64,000 nt of DNA from Patescibacteria group bacterium (GTDB lineage Bacteria > Patescibacteriota > WWE3 > JAMCXX01): contig JAMCXX010000002.1 of assembly GCA_023474425.1 (NCBI GenBank), positions 132,217 through 196,216 on the forward strand, given 5' to 3'. This document shows, one piece after another, positions 1 to 8,201 of this stretch. The position numbers were made by a program, and so were the translations under genes. The notes beneath the pieces were generated by a model. That model saw only the letters and a program-made list of their open reading frames with translations. It did not search any database and was not told where the DNA came from. The first letter of the stretch is position 1. Every line of letters starts with the position of its first letter.

Positions 1-417
1 TGATCGACGACCGAGAGAACCGCTTTTGTAAAACAGGGGCTCGGCCGCCTCGCCTTCAAGAAAATCCACCTGACCTCCCGAATGAACGGAAACAAAAACC
101 GGCTGCTTTGAAGTGCCGTAAATAAGCAGGCAGTCTATTTGGGCAAAACGCAGCATCAGTGACAGGGAACCGCTTAAGTAGGATTCGGTTAGACCGCTAC
201 TCGAAACGGATAGAAGACAAACTTTTGAGGCAAACGGAAAAAAACCGGTTAAGGGTCCGATAGACAAAACAGTCGGCTCTAGCTCTCGGTGCTGTATACC
301 AAGCTCCAGCGCAAAACCCAGACCGCCGATGTTTCGCCCCAAATCAGCGTATGAGCCGTACTCCGCCTCGTGAGTATTCAGATTAACCGCCAAAACTTGA
401 CGGGAATAATTGGCCAT
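1..417 (-). CDS. aldehyde:ferredoxin oxidoreductase-like protein, N-terminal part only (runs off the window start)
   Basis: My own minus-strand translation from ATG (417-415) stays open to base 1: MANYSRQVLAVNLNTHEAEYGSYADLGRNIGGLGFALELG..SIGPLTGFFPFASK..IDCLLIYG. The pattern resembles the AOR N-terminal domain. It is absent from the ORF track because it is truncated. Confidence 0.45.
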   Translation of the reverse strand, partial: MANYSRQVLAVNLNTHEAEYGSYADLGRNIGGLGFALELGIQHRELEPTVLSIGPLTGFFPFASKVCLLSVSSSGLTESYLSGSLSLMLRFAQIDCLLIYGTSKQPVFVSVHSGGQVDFLEGEAAEPLFYKSGSLGRRS

Positions 418-427
418 AAAAAGGATT

Positions 428-655
428 CTAAATTTCGGCGGTGGCCAGGCAGTTACGCGGACAGGCCTTCACCACACGCTCCGCCTCGCCGCCTACCGCC
501 GTTTCATCGACTTCGGCCCCAAAACCGGAAGATTTTCTAATGACCCTAATTAACGTGTTGTTCAAACTCACGGATGACTTAACGGTTCCGGCTTCAACCA
601 GACAAAGCAAACAGCCAATACAGCGCTCCATGTGAGGCGCAGTCAGGATTTTCAT
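428..655 (-). CDS. small 4Fe-4S ferredoxin-like protein
   Basis: The ORF has a CIGCLLC cluster motif and a C-terminal ACPRNC. The start is likely the internal MKILTAP at 655. It sits directly upstream of the AOR-like gene on the same strand. Confidence 0.45.
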   Translation of the reverse strand: MKILTAPHMERCIGCLLCLVEAGTVKSSVSLNNTLIRVIRKSSGFGAEVDETAVGGEAERVVKACPRNCLATAEI

Positions 656-761
656 ACTAAAACAGAATACCACCAGCCGTTAATAAACATCCAATTTGGA
701 GGTTTTCTAAAACACCCAGAGATCAGAATTCAAAACCGGATTAAGAATTTAATAGTCTAAA

Positions 762-817
762 AATTCTTAATTCTAAACTTCGGTTCTTAACCTTAAGTTC
801 TAAACACTTAATTTATT
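762..817. repeat. heptanucleotide-period tract, about 8 units (aattctt aattcta aacttcg gttctta accttaa gttctaa acactta atttatt)
   Basis: Read directly from the sequence. Intergenic, between the ferredoxin-like gene and gap. Confidence 0.6.
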
Positions 818-838
818 TTGGAAAATAGGAAAAGAGAC

Positions 839-1933
839 TTAACTCGGGATAGTGCGGCCGACTACCAAAGCCAATTCCACCAAACGATTAGAGTATCCCC
901 ACTCATTATCGTACCAGGCAACAACCTTGACGAGGTCGCCGTCAATAACCCGAGTCAAAGTTAAATCAACAATCGAAGAAAAGGGAGATCCCACGATGTC
1001 CGACGAGACCAAAGGCTCTTCGCAGACGCCGAGAATTCCGCGGTAAAACGGCTGATCCTTTGCACGGATAAACGCGTCGTTAACTTCCGCCGCCGTCACT
1101 TTCTTTTTTAAAAGGAAGGTAAAGTCAGAAAGGGAACCTACCAGCACTGGCACCCTCACTGCCAGACCGTCAAAAAGACCCTTAAGTTCGGGAACAACTT
1201 CTGTGGTGGCAATGGCCGCGCCGGTGGTCGTGGGCACGATGTTGAAAGGGGCCGAGCGGCCGCGCCGCAAATCCTCGTGAAGCTGTGGCGGGAGGCCATC
1301 AACCAGATTCTGTTCGGCCGTCATGGCGTGAATGGTGGTCATCATGGCTTTTAGAACGCCGAACTTTGAAACCATAATCGAGGCCACCGGGGAAATGCAG
1401 TTGGTGGTGCAGGAAGCATTGGAAATAATTTCCTGATTAGAATAATTATTACTGTTGACCCCCAGAAGAAATGTTTCAACATTCCCGCCTTTAGTGGGAG
1501 CCGAAACTACCACCCTCTTTGCCCCGGAGTTTATGTGAACGGCCGCTGCTCCGTCCTTGGTCATGCGTCCCGTGCATTCCAAAACTACATCCACCTTCAA
1601 ATCCTTCCAGGGAAGTAGGCTTGGGTCCTTTTCGCAAACCATGCGGACCCGACGGTCGCCTACAAGGATATAGCTTTCTTTAGCCGATGATTTAACGAAA
1701 TGCTCTGGCTGGCTCATTCCGCCTTCAAGTCCTACTATTTTTCCGTCCTCCTCTATTCGGACTTCTTCCGGATAAGCGCCGTACGCGGAATCGTATTTTA
1801 AAAGATGAGCCAAAACCCGGGCGTTGGTTAAATCGTTAACGGCCACAACCTCAAGCTCCGGCTTTTTGAGGGCAATCTTTAGCGCGTTGCGCCCAATTCG
1901 TCCAAACCCGTTAATGGCGATTCTCGTAGGCAT
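839..1933 (-). CDS. gap: type I glyceraldehyde-3-phosphate dehydrogenase
   Basis: INGFGRIGR NAD-binding N-terminus, SNASCTTNC active-site motif and WYDNEWGYS C-terminal motif. The start is taken at MPTRIAINGFG. Confidence 0.92.
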   Translation of the reverse strand: MPTRIAINGFGRIGRNALKIALKKPELEVVAVNDLTNARVLAHLLKYDSAYGAYPEEVRIEEDGKIVGLEGGMSQPEHFVKSSAKESYILVGDRRVRMVCEKDPSLLPWKDLKVDVVLECTGRMTKDGAAAVHINSGAKRVVVSAPTKGGNVETFLLGVNSNNYSNQEIISNASCTTNCISPVASIMVSKFGVLKAMMTTIHAMTAEQNLVDGLPPQLHEDLRRGRSAPFNIVPTTTGAAIATTEVVPELKGLFDGLAVRVPVLVGSLSDFTFLLKKKVTAAEVNDAFIRAKDQPFYRGILGVCEEPLVSSDIVGSPFSSIVDLTLTRVIDGDLVKVVAWYDNEWGYSNRLVELALVVGRTIPS

Positions 1934-1985
1934 ACTCATATACCTCACCCATTATACCAATAATAAATACTCGCTAATATAGCTA

Positions 1986-2616
1986 CTATAGTGCTTCCAA
2001 CGATTTTTCTGAAAAAAGGAACCGCTTCTCCCCAAAAGGCTTATCATGGTTCCGCACCTGAAATATTAAATAAATTTTGCCGTTCACAAAAGCTCCTCTA
2101 ATATGATCTACCCATCCCGAGAATCTAAATTCCTGATCAAACCAGTCTTGAAAAACACTCTCAGAACCTCCATCCGAAAGCGGGTTAGTCACCAGGAGAG
2201 CTTGACGCGATTCCTTTGAATTAGCATTGACCAAATATAATCCGCGGCATCCGGAACCACAGCCACTCGTAAAAAAACGGCTGTAAATACGATAATTGGA
2301 ACCAAAAGCTTTCTAATCCTTAAGCGTGTAGTCCACGCGTTATGCAGGTTGCTAATAATTAAAGACCGCGTGTAGTGAATGTCCACAATCAATTCGGGCT
2401 CCAGTAAAAGCTTGTGTCGTCCGTTGATCCTGACTTGAGTTGTTTTTCACCTTCTGCTCTAGCCGTAATGGTAACTAAATGCCACGAGGAGAAACTGGAA
2501 AACGCTATTTCTTCTTTCGTGTTAATCGTTCGTTTATTCTTGTCCTCTAGAATCAAATCCATTAAGGTAATATAACATTCTTCGTCCTGCGTAGAAGCCT
2601 CACCTTTTCGGTCCAT
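1986..2616 (-). pseudogene. frameshifted paralog of the N-terminal domain of the SLT-domain protein encoded at 21263..22393
   Basis: Three consecutive minus-strand ORFs lie in three different frames. Frame 1, LILEDKNKRT..HLVTITARAEGEKQLKSGSTDD, matches LIFEDLNKRQ..YLIEIRAGVKGEKQIGGSDDED. Frame 2, LIVDIH, matches LKVEID. Frame 3, SRFFTSGCGSGCRGLYLVN, matches ARYFDSPAGFSGGRLHGLN. Confidence 0.5.
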
Positions 2617-2697
2617 TTTCGGTACATAAAATACCCTAAACCAGACCGTTAGCGGTTGTCAACAGAAAATTTGGGAGAAATGACTGGAGGTTATAAA

Positions 2698-2961
2698 TTA
2701 TAAATGGGATTCGATCCAGGACTTAAAGACTTCTTTGCTGCGGCCGCCTATGAGTCGGTCAACTTCCCTTCCCTCTTTCTCAACTACATAGGTAGGAATA
2801 CTCAAAACCCCATATTTCTGGGCCATAGTCTGATCTTCATCCACATTAACTTTTTGAAACTCAACTTTACCGGAAAGCTCCTTTTCCAATTCTTCCACCA
2901 CCGGAGCCATCATACGGCAGGGACCGCACCAGGACGCCCAAAAATCAATCAGCTTAACCAT
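2698..2961 (-). CDS. trxA: thioredoxin
   Basis: WCGPC active site (FWASWCGPCR), 87 aa. Confidence 0.9.
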   Translation of the reverse strand: MVKLIDFWASWCGPCRMMAPVVEELEKELSGKVEFQKVNVDEDQTMAQKYGVLSIPTYVVEKEGREVDRLIGGRSKEVFKSWIESHL

Positions 2962-3032
2962 ATAAATCTAGTATAACACGTCGCGCAAGAAGGAGGAGAA
3001 AAAGGGAGCAAGGAGTTTGTTATGATGTTAAC

Positions 3033-4904
3033 GTGGAAGATTTATTTACCGGTTTAAATCCGGAACAAATTGAGGCCGTAAAGCATACAAAAGGACCAGC
3101 CCTGGTTGTGGCCGGGCCAGGCTCGGGCAAAACCCGGGTACTCACCCACCACGCCGCTTATCTAATTTCCCAAGGAGTCCGGCCGGAAAATATTTTGTTA
3201 GTCACATTCACCAATAAAGCCGCACAAGAAATGAAGGAGCGTATCTCGCGAATTTTCAATTTTCAATTTTCAATTTTCAATTCCAAACTCCCCTGGTCCG
3301 GCACTTTCCATTCCGTTTGCAGCCGAATTTTGCGCCGGGAGGGACGCTTTCTTGGTCTAAGCCCAAACTTCTCGATTTTCGATGAGGCCGACAGCCGCAG
3401 CCTTATTAAAAAGGCCGTTAAAAAGCTCAAACTTGATGAAAGCCGGGTTAACCCGCAGGCAGCCCTCTCTGCCATAAGCGGCGCCAAAAACGAACTTATT
3501 GGACCGGAGGATTACCAAAATTATGCCCGCGGTTATTTCTACCAGAACGTCTCCTTAATCTTCGGCGAGTATCAAAAGGAGTTAAAACAAAATCAGGCGC
3601 TCGATTTCGACGACCTGCTTTTTTTCGCCGTTAAACTTTTTCGGGAGAACAAGGCGGCTCTTTCCAAATACCAGGGTTTCTTTAAACACGTTTTGGTTGA
3701 CGAATACCAGGACACAAACAAAGCCCAGTATGTTTTAGCCAAGCTTATCTCCCAAAAACACCAAAACATTTATGTCGTTGGCGACATGAGCCAGGCCATT
3801 TACAGCTTTCGGGGCGCCGACTACCGTAATATTCTTAATTTTGAAAGGGACTTTCCAAAAAGCAAAGTTTACCGTCTTTCCCAAAATTACCGCTCTACCT
3901 CCAATATTATTGAGGCGGCGGCAAACCTTATTGCCAACAATAAAACCCATCTTCCCCTAAATCTTTGGACGCAGAAGAGGGGCGGTGGGAAAATAAAATT
4001 GTTCGAGGCGGCCAACGAACTCGACGAAGCCGACTACATAATTAAGACCGTACTCAACGAGCAAGCAACTTTCAACTCTCATCCGCCAGCCGGCGGATCA
4101 ACTCTCAACTCGTATGCCGTCCTCTACCGCACTAATGCCCAATCGCGGGCCATTGAAGAGGCTTTTTTGCGTCGCGGGCTTCCCTACGTTCTCGTTGGCG
4201 GCACACGGTTCTATGAAAGAAAAGAAATTAAAGATATTATTAGTCTCCTTCGCCTCCTTAGAAACCCGCAGGACTCGTTAAGCTCGGAAAGAATTCTTAA
4301 AATCGGCAAAAAATTTGGTCGTCGTTACCTTGATTGGCTGGCGTCATTGAAAACAAAGGAAGGTATTTCCAAAAATAACGCTTTGGAAGTTTTGGATGAA
4401 GTTCTTAAAGAAAGCGGTTACCTGGAAATTTTCGACGAAAAAATCGAGGAAGAGAGAGAAAGGATAGAAAACGTTAAGGAGCTGCGGTCGGTGGCCGCCG
4501 GTTTTATTAATCTTGAAGAATTTTTAGAAAACGTTCAGCTGGTTCAGAACGAGTATCTAGTTTCCGATAAAGGCCGACTGGCCAAAGAAAATCGGCCCAA
4601 CGCCATAAGCCTTATGACTCTTCACAGCGCTAAGGGATTAGAATTCCCCGTTGTTTTTATGGTAGGCCTTGAAGAGGGTCTTTTGCCTCACTCCCGATCC
4701 CTCCTTGACCCAAGCGAACTGGAAGAGGAAAGACGACTTTGTTACGTAGGCATAACCCGCTGTCAGGAAGATTTGCATCTTATCTACACCCGTTCCCGTT
4801 TCTATTTTGGCGTTCGCCAGGCAGGGGTGGTTTCTCGTTTCATTGGCGAAATTCCCCAACATCTATTAGAATTCAAAAAGTCCAATTATTTTACCTATGA
4901 TTAA
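3033..4904 (+). CDS. UvrD/PcrA-type superfamily 1 DNA helicase
   Basis: GTG start. Walker A AGPGSGKT, DEYQDTN (motif II), VGDMSQAIYSFRGA, QNYRST, VLYRTNAQSR, TLHSAKGLEF and YVGITR motifs. Confidence 0.88.
   Translation: MEDLFTGLNPEQIEAVKHTKGPALVVAGPGSGKTRVLTHHAAYLISQGVRPENILLVTFTNKAAQEMKERISRIFNFQFSIFNSKLPWSGTFHSVCSRILRREGRFLGLSPNFSIFDEADSRSLIKKAVKKLKLDESRVNPQAALSAISGAKNELIGPEDYQNYARGYFYQNVSLIFGEYQKELKQNQALDFDDLLFFAVKLFRENKAALSKYQGFFKHVLVDEYQDTNKAQYVLAKLISQKHQNIYVVGDMSQAIYSFRGADYRNILNFERDFPKSKVYRLSQNYRSTSNIIEAAANLIANNKTHLPLNLWTQKRGGGKIKLFEAANELDEADYIIKTVLNEQATFNSHPPAGGSTLNSYAVLYRTNAQSRAIEEAFLRRGLPYVLVGGTRFYERKEIKDIISLLRLLRNPQDSLSSERILKIGKKFGRRYLDWLASLKTKEGISKNNALEVLDEVLKESGYLEIFDEKIEEERERIENVKELRSVAAGFINLEEFLENVQLVQNEYLVSDKGRLAKENRPNAISLMTLHSAKGLEFPVVFMVGLEEGLLPHSRSLLDPSELEEERRLCYVGITRCQEDLHLIYTRSRFYFGVRQAGVVSRFIGEIPQHLLEFKKSNYFTYD
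3251..3285. repeat. (AATTTTC)x4 plus one degenerate unit, in frame inside the helicase gene
   Basis: Read directly from the sequence. It encodes IFNFQFSIFNS in a variable linker before the TFHS motif. Confidence 0.85.
4067..4113. repeat. heptad tract (aactttc aactctc ... aactctc aactcgt) split by an 18-nt hairpin ATCCGCC-AGCC-GGCGGAT
   Basis: Read directly from the sequence. A 10-nt direct repeat tcaactctca flanks the 16-nt palindromic core. It encodes ATFNSHPPAGGSTLNS inside the helicase. Confidence 0.8.
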
Positions 4905-5601
4905 AGTGCTTCTAGCTCTTATTCTGCCAACCCTGGTTTTTGGTCAGGTTGTTTCCGGCCAGGCCGGTCATGCGCAGGTCCTTGGGACTTCGACAACCGC
5001 AGATTACCTCACCGGCCCCCGGTCCCTTGTAACCCAAAGCAGCTTTGAACAAAAAATAATCACACGGACAAGCCGCCTAGAATTCACAACCAAATATACG
5101 GACAATCCCGAAGTTCCCTACGGTAGTGAAAAAATCCTGACACCCGGAGTTAATGGATTAAGAAAAGAAACGTTTGAAACAACCCTTTGGCAGGGAAAAG
5201 AAATTGGCCACAGCCTGATTAAAACGGAAGAGATACCGCCGCAGGATGAACTTGTGGAGCGCGGCACCAAAGTCGTTTGGCAGGAGGCCAACATTAACGG
5301 CGCCAACATTAAATACTGGCGAAAGATTAACGTCTGGGCCACTTCCTACGACGGGCACTGCGCGGGGTGCTTGGGGCGCACCTGGGCGGGCACGGAGGTA
5401 ACTTTGGGCACCTGCGCTGTGGACCCGAAAGTAATTGTCATGGGTTCAAGATTCTATGTGCCCGGTTACGGCATTTGCCGGGCCGAGGATATTGGCGGGG
5501 CCATAAAGGGCAATCATGTGGATTTGGGATTTCCCGATGTTAAAAACGGCTTTTGGTCGGCCCGTCATGTGGATATTTATTTATTGGACGGGGAACCTTA
5601 G
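4897..5601 (+). CDS. secreted G5-domain plus 3D-domain cell-wall protein (RpfB/YabE-like)
   Basis: N-terminal signal-like hydrophobic segment. G5-like region (ILTPGVNGLRKETFETT..). C-terminal 3D-domain pattern (TCAVDPKVI..G..FYVPGYG.C.AEDIGGAIKGNHVDL). Confidence 0.7.
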   Translation: MIKVLLALILPTLVFGQVVSGQAGHAQVLGTSTTADYLTGPRSLVTQSSFEQKIITRTSRLEFTTKYTDNPEVPYGSEKILTPGVNGLRKETFETTLWQGKEIGHSLIKTEEIPPQDELVERGTKVVWQEANINGANIKYWRKINVWATSYDGHCAGCLGRTWAGTEVTLGTCAVDPKVIVMGSRFYVPGYGICRAEDIGGAIKGNHVDLGFPDVKNGFWSARHVDIYLLDGEP

Positions 5602-5606
5602 CTGTT

Positions 5607-6338
5607 CTAACTATGGGCGAACTTTCTTAAAGCTACAGTTAATCTGTCTATTAGAGCAAGCCTCTGAAAGTCCTCTACTGTGGGCAAGCCCGAATTCTTT
5701 TTTTCGATGACGATTCTGTGGGCATTTTCTATTAGTGTTCCATCGTCGCCTGGTACTCGCTCTAGTCTAAACTCGTGACCACGCCGCTGAACCACATTCT
5801 GTACATGAGTCAGAATTGCGGGGTCCTCAAAGCCAGATAAATTGCCAAGGTTATCAACATACATGGGAAACATGCGAATATCTCCACCCACCTTGCAAAC
5901 ACGCATCATCTCAGCCAAGGCCAAAAACATCTCTTCTGGAGTGTCTATCCATGTAGGCACCGCATATGACGAAACGACATGCTCATAAGATTCGCTGGGC
6001 AAGTCCAGGCCCCTGGTTACATCGCCCACTACACGATTATACGACCAATATTCATGACTATGAGATTCTCCCCGGCTGTCATTAAAGTGCACCCTTCCCG
6101 CCAACACCGCCTCGTTATCAAATGTATCCAGGGAGTCAACGGTCACAGTACCATTAGAGCGTTGCCAAACCTCCCGAGCAAAAGTGCCCGCCGCGGCACC
6201 TACGTCGAGCACACGGTCGCCGGGTTGAAGGCCGACTCCCAAATCGTTAACGTAACTTTCATATCCTCGGTCTGCGGTGTGGTCGCCGGCGTAGTTAGAT
6301 CCTAAGGATTCTTGTGGCAACGATGGTGATTCGGACAT
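5607..6338 (-). CDS. class I SAM-dependent methyltransferase
   Basis: Motif I VLDVGAAAGTF. The length and layout are typical of the family. Some lines in the gene are locally GC-rich by hand count. Confidence 0.6.
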   Translation of the reverse strand: MSESPSLPQESLGSNYAGDHTADRGYESYVNDLGVGLQPGDRVLDVGAAAGTFAREVWQRSNGTVTVDSLDTFDNEAVLAGRVHFNDSRGESHSHEYWSYNRVVGDVTRGLDLPSESYEHVVSSYAVPTWIDTPEEMFLALAEMMRVCKVGGDIRMFPMYVDNLGNLSGFEDPAILTHVQNVVQRRGHEFRLERVPGDDGTLIENAHRIVIEKKNSGLPTVEDFQRLALIDRLTVALRKFAHS

Positions 6339-6363
6339 AATTTATTCCTGAAATAAGATTTAC

Positions 6364-6786
6364 TCATTTTGCGAAAGCAACAATTAAGGCGCCTAAGGTC
6401 ATTAGGACACCTCCAAAAATAACCGGCAGGGAAACTTTTTCCGAAAGAATAATGAAGGCGAGAAATATGGTGAAAACCAAACTCAATTTGTCAATTGGCG
6501 CCACCTGGGAAACATTTCCAAGTTGCAGAGCCCGAAAATAGAACAGCCAGGAAAGCCCTGTTGCCAGACCAGAAAGAACTAAAAACAACAAAGAAAATCT
6601 GTCGATGGAAGAAAACTTATTCTGTAATCCTTGAGCAAAGACGATTCCCCAAGCAAAAAATAGGACGACCACAGTGCGTATAGCCGTGGCCAAATTGGAG
6701 TCAACATCTCTAACGCCGATTTTGGCCAGTACCGCCGTTAGCGCCGCGAAAATCGCCGAAAGAAGGGCAAAAACAAGCCAACTCAT
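6364..6786 (-). CDS. small EamA-like (DMT superfamily) membrane transporter
   Basis: 140 aa with 4-5 hydrophobic helices and an EamA-like pattern (LLSAIFAALTAVLAKIG...). Confidence 0.6.
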   Translation of the reverse strand: MSWLVFALLSAIFAALTAVLAKIGVRDVDSNLATAIRTVVVLFFAWGIVFAQGLQNKFSSIDRFSLLFLVLSGLATGLSWLFYFRALQLGNVSQVAPIDKLSLVFTIFLAFIILSEKVSLPVIFGGVLMTLGALIVAFAK

Positions 6787-6802
6787 GCTATTATCATAGC
6801 AA

Positions 6803-7576
6803 ATGAGGCCAAAGAAGGAACTCGGACAGAATTTTTTAACAGATGCAAAAACAGTAGAAAAACTTATTTCCGCCTCTAATCCTCAAAAAACCGACGTTTA
6901 TCTGGAAATTGGGGCGGGGGAAGGAGCCGTCACCAAAGTTCTGGCGCCGCGGGTTAAAAAGGTTATAGCAGTGGAACTCGACCCGGACCTAGTGCCAAAC
7001 CTAAAAAGACTCACCGATACAATTAATAATATCGATGTAATCAACTCGGACGCCCTAAACTTTATTTGTATCGATGTATCGATACATCGATACAAAATAA
7101 ACAAGGTTGTCGGCTCGATTCCTTACCAAATCACGTCTCCCCTACTTCATTGCCTAGCCAAAGTTAGATTAGAAATAGAGTCGGTGACTCTGCTCATTCA
7201 AAAAGAGGTTGCCCAAAAGATTTTGGCCAAGCCACCAAAGGCCTCTTATCTTTCCAACTTCGTGCAAACGTATTTTAACTCCAGGTTTGTTGTCGCCGTT
7301 TCGCGCGAAAGATTCTACCCCGTTCCCAAGGTTGACGGCGCCGTCATAACAATTCAACCCCGGGGGTTGGACGGGAAAACACCCGCCGTTGAGCCGGAAA
7401 TCTGGTCGGCCTTCCTCCACCAATGTTTCAAATTTCCCAGAAAGATGCTTAAAAAGGTTTTTGATGAGAAAATTCTAAAAGAAACAGGTATTGATTCAAG
7501 GCTGAGACCTCAAGAAATTGAACTTCCGCAGTGGCAGAAACTATTTAATCTATATGACTACGGAAAAAAAATATAA
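6803..7576 (+). CDS. rsmA: 16S rRNA (adenine1518/1519-N6)-dimethyltransferase
   Basis: KKELGQNFL N-terminal signature, EIGAGEGAVT SAM motif and VVGSIPYQITSP motif. Confidence 0.9.
   Translation: MRPKKELGQNFLTDAKTVEKLISASNPQKTDVYLEIGAGEGAVTKVLAPRVKKVIAVELDPDLVPNLKRLTDTINNIDVINSDALNFICIDVSIHRYKINKVVGSIPYQITSPLLHCLAKVRLEIESVTLLIQKEVAQKILAKPPKASYLSNFVQTYFNSRFVVAVSRERFYPVPKVDGAVITIQPRGLDGKTPAVEPEIWSAFLHQCFKFPRKMLKKVFDEKILKETGIDSRLRPQEIELPQWQKLFNLYDYGKKI
7065..7096. repeat. perfect 32-nt palindrome TTTGTATCGATGTATCGATACATCGATACAAA inside rsmA
   Basis: I verified base by base that the two 16-nt arms are perfect reverse complements. The stretch also reads as 8-nt tandem units and carries three ATCGAT sites. 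Confidence 0.95.
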
Positions 7577-8201
7577 AAATATTATTTTCGATTGGGACGG
7601 GTGCTTGGCCAAAACTCTGGACATCTGGATGAGCGGCTACAAAGAAACTTTTCTGAAATACGGATTGAAACCGTTAGAAAAGGAGATTGTAGAAAAATGC
7701 TACGGCCGCTGGGACGGACCTAAAAATTTCGGTATTACTGACTTTATCGGATTCTATGACCAAATGATGCCCGCGGTCCGATTTAACCTCGAGACCGTTG
7801 ACCTCTATCCACAGGTCTGGGAAACTCTAAGAACGCTAAAAAGTTCTGGCAAAAGGATGGCGATACTGAGCACATCGGAACGCTATTACGTAGAAAAGGC
7901 CATCAATCATAACGGACTTCAGAATATTTTTGAAGCTTCTCTCTTCGGTGACGAGGTCACTAAACACAAACCGGACCCGGAACCAATTCTAAAAATTGTG
8001 GCTAGTCTTGGCATCGATTTGAGTGACACGGTTATCGTAGGCGATTCAGACAAGGATATTTTGGCAGCTCAAAACGCCGGAATCGACAGCGTCCTTTTTT
8101 ATCCGGAGGAGAACGAGAAATTTTACCTGAAACTGGAGTTTATTAAACTCGGGCCAAATTTTGTAATTCGTCACTTTGGCGAATTGCTTAAGATACTGTG
8201 A
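7554..8201 (+). CDS. HAD-superfamily hydrolase (phosphoglycolate phosphatase-like)
   Basis: DWDG motif I (IIFDWDGCL), S/T motif (ILSTS), K..P and GDSDKD motif IV. The start is taken at MTTEKKYK. Confidence 0.75.
   Translation: MTTEKKYKNIIFDWDGCLAKTLDIWMSGYKETFLKYGLKPLEKEIVEKCYGRWDGPKNFGITDFIGFYDQMMPAVRFNLETVDLYPQVWETLRTLKSSGKRMAILSTSERYYVEKAINHNGLQNIFEASLFGDEVTKHKPDPEPILKIVASLGIDLSDTVIVGDSDKDILAAQNAGIDSVLFYPEENEKFYLKLEFIKLGPNFVIRHFGELLKIL

Noticed and set aside
3251-3285. Whether the short tandem repeats (here and at 8467, 9440 and 56068) are CRISPR arrays
   Set aside because: The units are 7 nt and contiguous, with no spacers, and there are no cas genes. They are tandem microsatellite-like tracts, not CRISPRs.
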